This document shows positions 1 through 10,085 of a DNA stretch of 64,000 nucleotides, piece after piece; position 1 is the first letter of the stretch, and every line of letters begins with the position of its first letter. The notes under the pieces were generated by a model that saw only the letters and a list, made by a program, of their open reading frames with translations, was not told where the DNA came from and did not search any database. A program made the translations under genes and the position numbers. Origin of the DNA: Candidatus Saccharimonadota bacterium (GTDB lineage Bacteria; Patescibacteriota; Saccharimonadia; Saccharimonadales; UBA10212); NCBI GenBank assembly GCA_013815775.1, contig JACDFN010000002.1:717-64716 (forward strand). The letters are read 5' to 3'.

Positions 1-249
1 CCCCAATTAAACATTCTCGGGATCCTTATAACGCTTTACGACAGAAGGACCGCCTTGTCCGAACAAGTCAAAAAGGAACTCGAGAAACACTTCGAGGCTA
101 AAGTTTTACAAACCGTCATACCTCGTAATATTCGATTAGCCGAGGCACCCAGTTTCGGTAAAACAATTATAGAACATGATAAATGGAGTAAAGGTGCTAG
201 GGCTTACAAATCGCTAGCCAAAGAAGTAGATCAGAGATTATATGGCTAA
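1..249 (+). CDS. parA: ParA/Soj-family partitioning ATPase, C-terminal fragment (5' end lies upstream of the window)
   Basis: Frame 1 is open from base 1. The translation PQLNILGILITLYDRRTALSEQVKKELEKHF...IPRNIRLAEAPSFGKTII matches the conserved ParA/Soj C-terminal half. parB follows directly. Confidence 0.85.
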   Translation, partial: PQLNILGILITLYDRRTALSEQVKKELEKHFEAKVLQTVIPRNIRLAEAPSFGKTIIEHDKWSKGARAYKSLAKEVDQRLYG

Positions 250-381
250 GTTAGTTTTTAGGTTGAATTTAGCAGAAACAGTAAGAAAATTTCCTGATTT
301 AACTAACCTAAAACAGACATGCTTACTCCACCCGTTCTGCTTGAGTATTTTCCACGACTCATGGTTAAATAGGGTCCACAT

Positions 382-1254
382 ATGAGCGCAAGTAAAAAAA
401 GACTTGGTAGAGGATTTGATGTTTTAATACCTAAAGACTTGGACACCTCACTTTTAGACGAAGAATTGGCGCGAATACAAAAAATACTCATCAATGAAAT
501 TAAGGCTAATCCTGATCAACCACGGCGAGAATTTGATGATAAAAGTTTAGAAGGCCTCGCATCTTCAATTAAGCAACACGGAATACTGCAGCCGATTATT
601 CTCGTTCGAAATCCTAACGGCGGCTATAAAATTGTAGCAGGAGAAAGGCGATGGAGAGCCGCACAACGGGCCAAACTAAAATTCATACCGGCCATTGTCA
701 GATCGCTGGAAGAGCTTGAGCAAGTAGAGCTTGCCCTAATCGAGAACATACAAAGGGTAGATTTATCCCCACTCGAGCAAGCTTTATCGGTGTATCGGTT
801 ACAACATCATTTTAATTTATCATTAGATCAAATTTCCAAAAAGCTTGGTAAAGCTCCTAGTACAGTCAGCAATCTATCTCGGTTACTGAGACTGCCAGAA
901 TTAGCTCGCGAAGCTTTACGATCTCAAAAGATCAGCGAGGGGCATGCTAGAGCTATACTTGCTCTATCCTCAGATTTATCAAAACAGGAGGAACTACTTA
1001 ATTGTATAATAAACAACAATTGGAACGTAAGACAAGCTGAGCAGTTTGCGATTAACGTCAAAAAGAAAACAGGTGATGAACGCTCAGCCACCAGACAGGC
1101 AGAGGATAACGACCTGGTAGATTTACTTAGCAATGAATTGCATACAACTGTCAAATTAAAACACTATGCGAAGGGCGGAGAACTAAACATTGCATTTGAA
1201 TCTGATAATCATTTAAATCAGATAACTCAATATTTAATTAAAAACCAAGAATAA
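382..1254 (+). CDS. parB: ParB/Spo0J chromosome partitioning protein
   Basis: Contains RLGRGFDVLIP at the N-terminus, the ParB box IVAGERRWRAAQRA and an HTH segment. Lies downstream of parA. Confidence 0.93.
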   Translation: MSASKKRLGRGFDVLIPKDLDTSLLDEELARIQKILINEIKANPDQPRREFDDKSLEGLASSIKQHGILQPIILVRNPNGGYKIVAGERRWRAAQRAKLKFIPAIVRSLEELEQVELALIENIQRVDLSPLEQALSVYRLQHHFNLSLDQISKKLGKAPSTVSNLSRLLRLPELAREALRSQKISEGHARAILALSSDLSKQEELLNCIINNNWNVRQAEQFAINVKKKTGDERSATRQAEDNDLVDLLSNELHTTVKLKHYAKGGELNIAFESDNHLNQITQYLIKNQE

Positions 1255-1275
1255 AAACTTTATTCAGTAATTAAC

Positions 1276-2016
1276 TCAGTATGTCTTCAGTTTATCGAAT
1301 GGCAATATACGAAGAACTAGCTTTCCCACGATTAACTCAGAAGGTACTGGGCCGAACCAACGTGAATCCTCCGAATTCTGTCGATTGTCTCCACACACAA
1401 ATACTTCACCGTCAGGTATTGTCTGGTCTACATTCTCTGAAGTATAACGTTCACTTAGCTTATAGCTTGATGAGTCGTCCGGGTTAAATCCTGCGGGACT
1501 TTGCTCATTATAAATAGTTATCTTTCCGTCCCTAATCACAATTCGCTCTCCGGGCAGAGCGATAACTCTTTTAATAAGTTGTCTGTCTTGAGCAAAGTTA
1601 GAATCATTAGAGCTAGGCTGATTAAAAATAATTATTTCCCCCCGACGGGGTATGTAGTCGTTGTTAGTAATCCGAGCCCAAGTTCTGGAAAGCTTATTCA
1701 CTATAAGCCTGTCCTGATGCTGAAGGGTAGTCTCCATACTTTCGCCGTCAACTTGGTATGATTGGACTACAAACGCAGCTATGGCAAGTGCTATAACCGG
1801 AGCCAACAAAAAAAGTAATAGGGTTGAGGTAATCGAACGCCAACCGTCCCTTCGCGATTCGCTATAGCTCGGCATTGCCGTATTTGCGCTGCTGAATACC
1901 TTATCTTCATTCTGATCTTGAACTGTGGGCTGCTGCGATGGATAAGAAGATTGGCCTTGTGGCAAGCCAGGGGAAGTGGGGGTTTGGGGAGGTGTAATAT
2001 CGTTATTTGGGTTCAT
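1276..2016 (-). CDS. lepB: Signal peptidase I with a long Pro/Gln-rich cytoplasmic N-terminus
   Basis: One TM helix. Motifs: catalytic Ser in GESMETTL, catalytic Lys in IKRVIALPGE, and GDNRQNSEDSRWFGPV. Confidence 0.92.
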   Translation of the reverse strand: MNPNNDITPPQTPTSPGLPQGQSSYPSQQPTVQDQNEDKVFSSANTAMPSYSESRRDGWRSITSTLLLFLLAPVIALAIAAFVVQSYQVDGESMETTLQHQDRLIVNKLSRTWARITNNDYIPRRGEIIIFNQPSSNDSNFAQDRQLIKRVIALPGERIVIRDGKITIYNEQSPAGFNPDDSSSYKLSERYTSENVDQTIPDGEVFVCGDNRQNSEDSRWFGPVPSELIVGKLVLRILPFDKLKTY

Positions 2017-2115
2017 TGGGTTAGACTCTATAAAAGTATAACTGGTAAAGTCCCATTGTACACAATCATAAGTAGTTTGAGCAGTCGTGTGAGGTGGTAT
2101 ACTTGAAGCTTAGTA

Positions 2116-3780
2116 ATGGACAAACATAAGAAGTTTAAAAGACCGAAGTCATCCCCGGCCTCGTTAGACGGAATTATCTCGGACGGCCGTGGGCTGGGTA
2201 TACCGACAAGTCGTTCTTACCAGCCTAGCAAAGGCGACAAGACACCGACTCTTGGTGAATTTATCAGAAAAGATGACGGCTTCCACCCCCTACGGCAATC
2301 GCAGCAGAGTCTGGGTTATTCTCCAGAGGCAATTGAAGAAAGAGCTCTATTGGATGAACCTATCGTCCTGGACGATATAGACGGAAGCTACAAAAAGAAA
2401 AGAAAGTTAAAAAAAAGACACTCCCACAGGGCCAGATTTCTAAAAAGAGCAAGCCTGGGTCTGCTGACTCTAGTAGTAGTAGCTGCTGCGTACTTTGGCT
2501 TTAAGTTTTATCAAACTCAACAAAAGATTCTGGCTGGAGGAGGAAAAGCCCCTGCAGTCTGTGACTCAAATATAAATGCCGACAACCTAAAGGGTGAAGG
2601 TGACGGCCGTGTAAATATATTAGTCCTTGGTAACGGGGGTGCAGAACACCGAGATGGTCCCGATTTAACCGACACGCTTTTAGTGATTAGCATTGATACG
2701 ATCAATGATAAAGCGGCTATCTTAAGCATACCTAGGGATTTGTGGGTAAGAATTCCAGGTAACGGCAGTCGCAAGATAAATGAAGCATACTTTCACGGTA
2801 AAGAGGAATCTGAAGCAAGTGAAAGAGAAGAAAAGATCCGCGACGGCATTAAGTTGGTCGACGAGACTCTCGAGAAAGTTATAGGGGTACCAATTCACTA
2901 TAATGCACTTGTAAGTTTCGCTGCCTTCAGGCAATCAGTTAACGCAGTGGGCGGTGTTGATATAAATGTTCCCAAAGAGCTAGCAGTTTCTGAGCGGCTT
3001 TGGGATGAATTTACTAGAAAGAGTTATAACCTCAACGTAGGAGCAGGCCAACAGCATTTTGATGGTCAGCGAGCGCTGTTTTTTGCGCGTTCTCGTTTAA
3101 CAAGTACACGGGGTGACTTCGATCGGTCGGAACGCCAGCGTTTGATGCTTATAGCTCTTAAAGATAAGGCCTTGTCCGCGGGGACATTCAGTAATCCCGT
3201 CAAGGTCTCCCAGCTACTGGACAGCCTAGGTGATAATGTCTACACAGACTTTGACACTCGTAGCATCAAGTGTCTGTATAAAAAAATGTCTGAAATACCT
3301 TCTACAAGTATAGCCTCCCTGGACCTGGTGACCCCACCGCAGGACCTTATAACAGGTGGATCCATGTTACTGGGCGGAAAAAGCGTTTCCATTCAGCAGC
3401 CTAAATCGGGACTCTATAATTATGACGATATTCAAAACTATATTCGCAACGCTCTAAGAGATTCATTTATCGCCAAAGAGAACTCTAGTATTGCCGTTTA
3501 TAATGCCACAAGCACGGTTGGATTGGCCGCAAAAAAAGCTAATGAACTCAAATCATATGGCTATAACATAACTACAGTGGACAATGCCAAGGCTACTGAC
3601 CCAGCGACAACGATAATTGTTGACCTTACCAAGGGTTCGCATAAATACACTAAGAATTATCTGGAGGATCGTTTTGGGGTAACTGTACGGTCTAGTATGC
3701 CAGTAGGGTCGGGGCTTACACCTCCTGTAGGCACTAATTTTGTTATAATACTCGGTGAAGATGTTACAGATTCCAGATAG
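2116..3780 (+). CDS. LytR-CpsA-Psr (LCP) family cell-envelope phosphotransferase with a C-terminal LytR_C-like domain
   Basis: N-terminal basic tail plus one TM helix. Core motifs NILVLGNGG, DLTDTLLVISID, ILSIPRDLWV and RGDFDRSERQR. Confidence 0.85.
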   Translation: MDKHKKFKRPKSSPASLDGIISDGRGLGIPTSRSYQPSKGDKTPTLGEFIRKDDGFHPLRQSQQSLGYSPEAIEERALLDEPIVLDDIDGSYKKKRKLKKRHSHRARFLKRASLGLLTLVVVAAAYFGFKFYQTQQKILAGGGKAPAVCDSNINADNLKGEGDGRVNILVLGNGGAEHRDGPDLTDTLLVISIDTINDKAAILSIPRDLWVRIPGNGSRKINEAYFHGKEESEASEREEKIRDGIKLVDETLEKVIGVPIHYNALVSFAAFRQSVNAVGGVDINVPKELAVSERLWDEFTRKSYNLNVGAGQQHFDGQRALFFARSRLTSTRGDFDRSERQRLMLIALKDKALSAGTFSNPVKVSQLLDSLGDNVYTDFDTRSIKCLYKKMSEIPSTSIASLDLVTPPQDLITGGSMLLGGKSVSIQQPKSGLYNYDDIQNYIRNALRDSFIAKENSSIAVYNATSTVGLAAKKANELKSYGYNITTVDNAKATDPATTIIVDLTKGSHKYTKNYLEDRFGVTVRSSMPVGSGLTPPVGTNFVIILGEDVTDSR

Positions 3781-4510
3781 AATTAAACCATTAAGGGGTT
3801 TTTCACACGCCATCCATATCGGGTTGAATGTGCTGCTGCCAATACTGGCTTACATTTTAGTAAGGATAGACTTTGTTTTACTTGCAATTCTGCTGATTCT
3901 CTTAAGTAAATGGCGGATATTTGCCGTTCGACCGCGATATTGGCCTGCCAATATAATTGCTAGTAGCATAGATATCATCGTTGCTGTTTCATTGGTCCTG
4001 TTTATGGCTAATACGTCTTCTGAATGGTGGCAGTTGTTTTGGGTTGGTCTATACGGGCTTTGGCTACTATGGCTTAAGCCCCGGTCTGACGTCCTTTCGG
4101 TGTCAGCTCAAGCTATGATAGGTCAGCTATTGGGTCTTTCCGTGTTATATCTTAAATTTGGCGATACTTCATTAGCCGCTATTGTGGCTGGCACATGGGG
4201 TATAACTTACCTAGCTGCCCGGCATTTTTTTACTAGCTTTGAGGAAGCTCAAGTGGCATTACTATCCCATGTGTGGGCCTATTTTTCAGCTAGTTTAGCG
4301 TTTATTTTGGGGCATTGGCTGTTATTTTACGGCACTATTGCTCAAATTATTGTTCTACTAACAACCATAGGGTATGGTTTGGCGGCGTTGTATTACCTCG
4401 ACTCTGCCGAGAGATTATCCCAAAATATAAAAAGACAACTCCTGGTTATAATGTGTGCCATTGTTGTTATCGTAGTTGCGCTTTCGGATTGGTCCGGTTC
4501 TACAATTTAA
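3755..4510 (+). CDS. Polytopic integral membrane protein, function unknown
   Basis: 251-aa ORF with about 7-8 hydrophobic segments. Overlaps the LCP gene 3' end by 26 nt. No motif recognised. Confidence 0.6.
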   Translation: MKMLQIPDRIKPLRGFSHAIHIGLNVLLPILAYILVRIDFVLLAILLILLSKWRIFAVRPRYWPANIIASSIDIIVAVSLVLFMANTSSEWWQLFWVGLYGLWLLWLKPRSDVLSVSAQAMIGQLLGLSVLYLKFGDTSLAAIVAGTWGITYLAARHFFTSFEEAQVALLSHVWAYFSASLAFILGHWLLFYGTIAQIIVLLTTIGYGLAALYYLDSAERLSQNIKRQLLVIMCAIVVIVVALSDWSGSTI

Positions 4511-4581
4511 TATTCTCAGTCATCACTCAGGCTTATGTGCAAAAGTTAGTCTCAACTAAGGCTTAATATATACGGATATTT

Positions 4582-5841
4582 ATGGAGAAAGACGGTCAAA
4601 AAAGTAAAAACAATGAAAGCTCGAACTATGCTGTTTTTTCTACTCATTCAGCCAGTCTAATAAAGCGGCCCAAGACTCCAAATCTTAACTTTCAAAATGG
4701 TCGCAAAAAAATTGCTTTTTTAATCTTGCCACTGGCTTGCCTACTTATGGGGGTAGGCGGGGGCTTGATAGGTGCCAGCATTTATAACAAGGATTATTCA
4801 AGAGCAGTTAGCACTGAAGCTAAACAACGCTTTATATCAAACGAAAGCGAATTGATTTCTGATATTGCTAAGAACGTTGGGCAAGCTGTTGTGTCGATAA
4901 ATGTTAAGAGTCAGGTTAATTCGCGGGACGTCTTTGGATTCAGCCAACCATCCTCGCAAGAAAGTGCTGGTACAGGATTTATAATTACTTTAGACGGCGT
5001 AATTATGACTAATCGGCATGTAGTTCCGGCAGCCTCTAGTAGCGTAAGTGTTACACTCGCCGACGGAGCTCGTTTTGACAACGTGGAGGTTATAGGCAGG
5101 ACGAGCGAGAGTAGCTCTCTCGACATAGCTTTTCTTAAAATAAAAGATCTCAAGGGTAAAAAATTAACCAAAATTTCTATTGGTAATTCAACCAAAGTAA
5201 AAGTGGGCGATAAGGTGATTGCTATCGGAAATGCTCTCGGGCAGTTTCAGAACACGGTAACTAGCGGGATTATTTCTGGCTATGGTCGTGACGTTACTGC
5301 TGGTGATGGAACCGGCAACGCCTCACGACTAGATGACTTATTCCAGACCGATGCGGCTATTAACGAAGGTAACTCAGGTGGGCCATTGGTGAATATTAAT
5401 GGAGAAGTTATCGGGGTTAATACGGCCATAGCCGGTGGAGCTCAAAACATCGGCTTCGCAATACCAATTGACGACACTAAGGGGTTGATAAGCAGTGTGC
5501 TCGAAACAGGGAAGCTTCGGCAGCCGTATCTTGGTGTGCGGTATGTGTCTTTGACAGATGATATAGCATTTCAATATAGTTTGAACATTAAGCGCGGCGC
5601 CTACATTGTACCTTCCACCGAAGGTGGACCATCAATCTTAATTGGCAGTCCAGCTGAAAAGGCGGGCCTTAGAGAGAAGGACGTTATAACTAAAATAAAT
5701 AACACATCTATTGATGATAAAACCAGTTTAACGGGTGTACTGGGTAAGTTTAAGGTCGGCAGTAAGGTTAACTTACAAGTTTGGCGTGACGGCAAATACT
5801 TGTCTGTTCCTATTGTTCTCGAGTCGGTCCCTGAAAATTAA
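4582..5841 (+). CDS. htrA: HtrA/DegP-family serine protease with PDZ domain
   Basis: TM anchor. Catalytic triad contexts TNRHVV, DIAFLKI and GNSGGPLVN. C-terminal PDZ segment (GSPAEKAGLREKDVI). Confidence 0.92.
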   Translation: MEKDGQKSKNNESSNYAVFSTHSASLIKRPKTPNLNFQNGRKKIAFLILPLACLLMGVGGGLIGASIYNKDYSRAVSTEAKQRFISNESELISDIAKNVGQAVVSINVKSQVNSRDVFGFSQPSSQESAGTGFIITLDGVIMTNRHVVPAASSSVSVTLADGARFDNVEVIGRTSESSSLDIAFLKIKDLKGKKLTKISIGNSTKVKVGDKVIAIGNALGQFQNTVTSGIISGYGRDVTAGDGTGNASRLDDLFQTDAAINEGNSGGPLVNINGEVIGVNTAIAGGAQNIGFAIPIDDTKGLISSVLETGKLRQPYLGVRYVSLTDDIAFQYSLNIKRGAYIVPSTEGGPSILIGSPAEKAGLREKDVITKINNTSIDDKTSLTGVLGKFKVGSKVNLQVWRDGKYLSVPIVLESVPEN

Positions 5842-6648
5842 TCATACGGGCTCAAAAACTTGTATTAATTGGTTTGTAATTCTTAGTTTATAACCCGAAT
5901 TTTTTGCAATACTGGCTAAAGGGGAGTGTTGAGGTGGCATAGACTCAGTTAGGATGTAACTCGGCTTTCTGCTTAGGTTTAACACTTGTTCAAAAAGTTT
6001 CCTATATATATCCAAGCCATCAGCACCGCCAAATATAGCAAGCTTTGGCTCCCTTTTGGCCGCTTTATTTATTTTATATTTATTAGGCACATAGGGTAGG
6101 TTTGCCATAACAATATCGTAGGGCCTTACGTTGTTGTTCAATAGGTTTCTCTTGTACGCCTTGAGTCCAACTTCATGCATGACGCTGTTATGTTTAGCAA
6201 CCGCTAAAGCGCTGGCATCAATGTCATATAAATCAATCTTCGTGCAACGAGTTTCAAGCGTTGCTGTGATACCCAAGCATCCGGAGCCCGTTCCAACGTC
6301 TGCAATAACTGTGTTCTCGGAAAGATGCAGTTTTTTTAACATGCTTATCATTACCTCGGACTCTGGTCGGGGCTCTAGTACGTGCTTGTTAATTTTAAAT
6401 TTACGTCCATAAAACTCACTATAACCTCTGATATAAGCCATGGGTTCGTGCTTAAGGCGTTTCTTAAGGCGGTAGTTTAGTTTTTTAAGGCGAGTGGTGG
6501 AGATAATCATTTCTGGGTGGGCCAGAATATGGGCACGATCTTTATCCAGGCAGTCTTCCAGTAGAATTAAAGAATCAAGCCGTGCTGAACTAATGCCGGC
6601 TGTTTCTAGACTTCTGGTCGAGTAATCTAACCAAAGCTCAGTTCTCAT
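5842..6648 (-). CDS. prmC: Release-factor glutamine N5-methyltransferase (PrmC/HemK)
   Basis: SAM motif [11 protein letters not shown]. The catalytic tetrad reads NLPY instead of NPPY. Also has [17 protein letters not shown]. Overlaps the prfA 3' end by 11 nt. Confidence 0.88.
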   Translation of the reverse strand: MRTELWLDYSTRSLETAGISSARLDSLILLEDCLDKDRAHILAHPEMIISTTRLKKLNYRLKKRLKHEPMAYIRGYSEFYGRKFKINKHVLEPRPESEVMISMLKKLHLSENTVIADVGTGSGCLGITATLETRCTKIDLYDIDASALAVAKHNSVMHEVGLKAYKRNLLNNNVRPYDIVMANLPYVPNKYKINKAAKREPKLAIFGGADGLDIYRKLFEQVLNLSRKPSYILTESMPPQHSPLASIAKNSGYKLRITNQLIQVFEPV

Positions 6649-7696
6649 TTTGAGCCAGCTCTAGTTCATAGTTATGTAGTTTTTCGATAATGTCGTCAAT
6701 CTCGCCATTCAATGCCCCAGGAAGGTTACTGCGACTGTAACCAATACGGTGGTCTGTGATTCTATCCTGGGGAAAGTTATAAGTCCGGACTTTCTCGCTT
6801 CGGTCTCCACTTCCAATTAGCAGCCGCCTTGAATCGCCCAATTGCTTCTGTTCATCTTCTATTTTCGCTTGAAGTAGGCGGGAGCGCAGAATTTTCATAG
6901 CTTTATCTTTATTTTTAATCTGGCTTTTTTCATCTTGCATACTAACCACTAGGCCAGTAGGTATATGGGTAATACGTACGGCTGAGTCGGTTGTATTAAC
7001 ACTTTGACCGCCATGTCCGCTAGCTCGAAAGACATCAATTCTGAGGTCCTCGGGATTTATCTGTACGTCTGAAACCTCTGCCTCGGGTAGAACTGCTACC
7101 GTTACAGTGCTGGTGTGTATTCTGCCGCTGCTCTCAGTGGTCGGTATGCGTTGTACGCGGTGGACTCCAGCTTCGAATTTTAGCTCTTTGTAAGCTCCAA
7201 CTCCTTTAACCATAAAAATAATTTCTTTATAACCTCCAGAATCGCTGGAATTTTCGTTAACCAGCTCGATTTTATATCCGTGGGTTTCGCTCCAGCGAGC
7301 ATACATCCTATAAAGCTCACCAGCAAATAAACTCGCTTCGTCACCTCCGGCGGCAGCCCTTATTTCTACCACACAATTTCGATCATTGTTCGGATCCTTA
7401 GTTGTAAGAAGTTCAGTCAAAGATTGAGTATTACTGGCAAGACGGTCTTTTAGTTGTTTCACTTCTGATTTTGCCAGTTGGGCTAAATCTTGGTCTGCGC
7501 CCTCAGCCATACTCTCGGCCTCTCTGAGTTGAACCTCTAGTTGCATTTTATTATCAAAGGCCTCCAATATCTTTGATAGCTCACTCTCTCGTCGGGCAAG
7601 TTTAGGGTACTCCGAAGAGCTAAATATATCAGGATTCTCTAGTTTTTTTCTGAGGACACTATATTCCTGGCGAAGTGCCTCTTGTCTTATATCCAT
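6638..7696 (-). CDS. prfA: Peptide chain release factor 1
   Basis: GGQ motif ([23 protein letters not shown]) and PxT tripeptide as PTT. Start taken at ATG 7696, which is preceded by GGAG. The ORF track begins at a GTG at 7723. Confidence 0.95.
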   Translation of the reverse strand: MDIRQEALRQEYSVLRKKLENPDIFSSSEYPKLARRESELSKILEAFDNKMQLEVQLREAESMAEGADQDLAQLAKSEVKQLKDRLASNTQSLTELLTTKDPNNDRNCVVEIRAAAGGDEASLFAGELYRMYARWSETHGYKIELVNENSSDSGGYKEIIFMVKGVGAYKELKFEAGVHRVQRIPTTESSGRIHTSTVTVAVLPEAEVSDVQINPEDLRIDVFRASGHGGQSVNTTDSAVRITHIPTGLVVSMQDEKSQIKNKDKAMKILRSRLLQAKIEDEQKQLGDSRRLLIGSGDRSEKVRTYNFPQDRITDHRIGYSRSNLPGALNGEIDDIIEKLHNYELELAQNEN

Positions 7697-7767
7697 CAGT
7701 ATCTCCAGTTTATAAAAAATCACCCGAAATACCTAAGAGGTAATAGGGACTTATGATACTTTTTAAA

Positions 7768-8112
7768 TTATTGACTATCCGGGACAGGTTTTGAGCCAAG
7801 TTTTTGAGCTTCGGCTTTTGTTTTTCGTTGTTTAGTTTTGGTGACTCCTCTTTTCTCGCGTGCGGCTGCAGCGGCTTTTTGTCGTGCCTTAAATTTATCT
7901 ACTCGGCCTTCGACGTCGACGATTCTTTCCTCCCCAGTGAAAAAAGGATGAGAGCTGGATGAAATATGGATTTTCACCAATGGGTACTTAACACCATCTA
8001 AACTAATGGTTTCTTCTGTGGCCACAGTCGATCGAGTCAAAAACGTGGTGTCGTTATTGAGGTCCTGAAAAACAACAGGCCGGTAATTGTTAGGGTGTAT
8101 CTCCTTTTTCAT
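7768..8112 (-). CDS. rpmE: 50S ribosomal protein L31 (type B, no CxxC) with a Lys/Ala-rich C-terminal tail
   Basis: MKKEIHPNNYRPVVFQD...HPFFTG. Start taken at ATG 8112. The ORF track extends 6 codons further upstream. Confidence 0.9.
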   Translation of the reverse strand: MKKEIHPNNYRPVVFQDLNNDTTFLTRSTVATEETISLDGVKYPLVKIHISSSSHPFFTGEERIVDVEGRVDKFKARQKAAAAAREKRGVTKTKQRKTKAEAQKLGSKPVPDSQ

Positions 8113-8206
8113 AACTGGGATAGTATACATTTTTTACCCCTTACGGTCAATCAGGGTTGCCAAATCAACTTAACAGAGGTAAACTACCAAATAGTTAAAT
8201 TAAACA

Positions 8207-8267
8207 ATAAGGTCTGATATATCCTCCTAGGTTACTTCCATGCAGGATTAACCGGGCAAGACCTTAT
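8207..8267 (+). promoter_or_regulatory. Structured rpsB 5' leader, a candidate S2 autoregulatory element
   Basis: A 9-bp helix ATAAGGTCT (8207-8215) / AGACCTTAT (8259-8267) encloses an inner helix ATCCT (8221-8225) / AGGAT (8244-8248). An AAAGGA Shine-Dalgarno and ATG 8285 follow. Confidence 0.3.
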
Positions 8268-8284
8268 GGTGAGAAAGGATTTTA

Positions 8285-9052
8285 ATGGCTAACGTTGAGG
8301 TCGACATAAAGCAACTTTTAGAAGCTGGCGCACACTTTGGACACAAAAGTAGTCGTTGGCACCCCAAGATGGCTCCTTACATACACAGTAAGCGGGCTGG
8401 AAATCATATTATTGACTTGACTAAAACCGTAGAAGCATTGGATAAAGCATTAGCTTTTTTGACTCAGATAACTGGTGAAGGGAAGCAAGTTTTATTAGTT
8501 AGCACTAAACGCCAAGCCCAACAAAAGGTAAAAGACGTTGCCCAAGCTACAAACATGCCATATGTAACCCAGCGTTGGCTCGGGGGCATGATGACAAATC
8601 AAGCAACCATTGGTGGTCGCATTAAGCATTTAAAAGATCTTGAGAGCCGTATGATAAGCGGCGAACTAGCGGCTAAGTACAGTAAGCTCGAATTACAGCG
8701 TTTTTCTGAAGAAATTGAAGAGATGAATCATATTTACGGTGGCGTGAAAGATATGCCCGCCAAACTAGGGGCTATGTTTGTGGTGGATATGATGAACGAC
8801 ATCAACGCAGTTCGCGAAGGTCGTAAACTAGGTATTCCAGTCGTAGCCTTAGTCGATACTAATGCCGACCCTTCATTGGTCGATTATCCTATTCCCTCAA
8901 ACGATGATGCTACAAAGACGATTAATTTAATTTTAGATTACGTGCAGCAGGCTATTAACGTTGGCAAAACTAAAGCTGATAAAAGTCCTATAAAGAGCGA
9001 GGAAGTTGATGCAAAGCCCGAACCTGTAACTAAGGCTAAAAAAGGGGAGTAA
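8285..9052 (+). CDS. rpsB: 30S ribosomal protein S2
   Basis: LLEAGAHFGHKSSRWHPKM and typical S2 sequence throughout. Lies in the rpsB-tsf pair. Confidence 0.97.
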   Translation: MANVEVDIKQLLEAGAHFGHKSSRWHPKMAPYIHSKRAGNHIIDLTKTVEALDKALAFLTQITGEGKQVLLVSTKRQAQQKVKDVAQATNMPYVTQRWLGGMMTNQATIGGRIKHLKDLESRMISGELAAKYSKLELQRFSEEIEEMNHIYGGVKDMPAKLGAMFVVDMMNDINAVREGRKLGIPVVALVDTNADPSLVDYPIPSNDDATKTINLILDYVQQAINVGKTKADKSPIKSEEVDAKPEPVTKAKKGE

Positions 9053-9053
9053 A

Positions 9054-9653
9054 ATGGCTAGTATTTCCTTAGAGGAAATTAAGCGACTACGTGAACTAAC
9101 CGGTGTGGGTATTACAGAAGCAAAACGAGCACTAGTAGAGAATAGCGGTGATTTTGACAAAGCCTTGGCAGCTATGAGAAAGAAAGGGCTCACCAAAGCT
9201 GAAAAACGGTCCGAGCGCGAGGCCCGTTCCGGACTTATTGGTGGGTATGTACACGATGGTCGAATTGGAGTTTTACTAGAAGTTAATTGTGAGACAGATT
9301 TTGTCGCTAAAACCGATGAATTTAAAGATCTGGTTAAGGATATATCGTTACACGTGGCTGCTTCGGCGCCTGTATATATAAATGATCAGGATATTCCTTC
9401 AGAAGACCGTAAACAGATGGAAAAAGAATTCAGCGAAAAAGTAAAGTCCGAGGGTAAACCAGATAATATGGTGCCCCAAATTGTTGAAGGTATGGTTAAA
9501 AAATACTTCGCTGAAAAATGCTTGCTCTCTCAACCATTTATTAAGAATCCAGAAATAAACGTCGGGGGGTATATAAAAGAGCACATTGCTAAACTAGGTG
9601 AGAATATTTTAGTGCGAAGGTTTACGCGCATTGTACTTGGTGAAGTAACGTAG
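9054..9653 (+). CDS. tsf: Elongation factor Ts (short form, 199 aa)
   Basis: N-terminal UBA-like segment IKRLRELTGVGITEAKRAL, plus LLEVNCETDFVAKT. Confidence 0.95.
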   Translation: MASISLEEIKRLRELTGVGITEAKRALVENSGDFDKALAAMRKKGLTKAEKRSEREARSGLIGGYVHDGRIGVLLEVNCETDFVAKTDEFKDLVKDISLHVAASAPVYINDQDIPSEDRKQMEKEFSEKVKSEGKPDNMVPQIVEGMVKKYFAEKCLLSQPFIKNPEINVGGYIKEHIAKLGENILVRRFTRIVLGEVT

Positions 9654-9810
9654 AATTACTTTACTTGTTAAGTAATTAATAAAAATTAAAATACGGCGAG
9701 TGAATGGATATACCATTCAAATTCCCGCCGCAATCCGGCAGGCGGTACTGGCGGACTAATATTGTCCGTTTTCCTCGCCTGCCGGCTTCTAGCTTTGAAG
9801 GGGTCAGTCT

Positions 9811-9930
9811 TCAGGGGTTTTCAGCCCGTTTGATACAGGCGGCCACAAAGCCAACACCCCAGACTGCGATGACCATGAAGGCCAACAACCCAATGAAAAC
9901 ACCTGCCGGTGAAATCGAAAGGCCTCTCAT
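9811..9930 (-). CDS. Hydrophobic micro-protein C (39 aa)
   Basis: The ATG overlaps the stop of B in an ATGA junction, consistent with translational coupling. Translation MRGLSISPAGVFIGLLAFMVIAVWGVGFVAACIKRAENP. Confidence 0.4.
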   Translation of the reverse strand: MRGLSISPAGVFIGLLAFMVIAVWGVGFVAACIKRAENP

Positions 9931-10067
9931 TGGCGCCCAGAAAGGTTGGCTTCAGAAAACCCCGGAACCCCGGAGTTGAGTCCCCTAAGGATACCCCTAA
10001 AGGCAACCAGGACGATCAACGGCAAAACGACGACTAGCAATACAGTGATGAAAGCGACTACCGTCAC
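9927..10067 (-). CDS. Hydrophobic micro-protein B (46 aa, GTG start)
   Basis: GTG 10067 is preceded by AGAAAGGGG. Translation VTVVAFITVLLVVVLPLIVLVAFRGILRGLNSGVPGFSEANLSGRQ. Same frame as A, 6 codons after its stop. Confidence 0.35.
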   Translation of the reverse strand: MTVVAFITVLLVVVLPLIVLVAFRGILRGLNSGVPGFSEANLSGRQ

Positions 10068-10085
10068 GGTTTTCAGCCCCTTTCT

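Noticed and set aside
249-381. A parS centromere site near parAB. I also checked CGTGAAAC at about 41488.
   Set aside because: No 16-bp TGTTNCACGTGAAACA-type palindrome is present. Only a half-site occurs by chance.
4315-4566. An 83-aa ORF overlapping the end of the membrane-protein gene 3755-4510.
   Set aside because: It is an alternative frame of a hydrophobic coding region, with no independent start signals.
9704-9979. A 91-aa plus-strand ORF from the ORF track (MDIPFKFPPQSGRRYWRT...).
   Set aside because: Its composition is unlike a protein (Pro, Arg and Gln rich, with no hydrophobic core) and it has no ribosome-binding site. It is the antisense shadow of the hydrophobic micro-ORFs B and C, which do have Shine-Dalgarno and coupling signals.
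9700-10079. Possible tmRNA. The minus strand of the GC-rich tsf-frr insert begins GGGGCTGA, like the ssrA 5' end, and the region is about 380 nt long.
   Set aside because: I found no complementary 3' acceptor strand (CAGCCCC-ACCA), no T-arm GGTTCGAATCC-type sequence and no recognisable tag-peptide reading frame ending in ALAA-stop. The similarity is limited to 8 nt.
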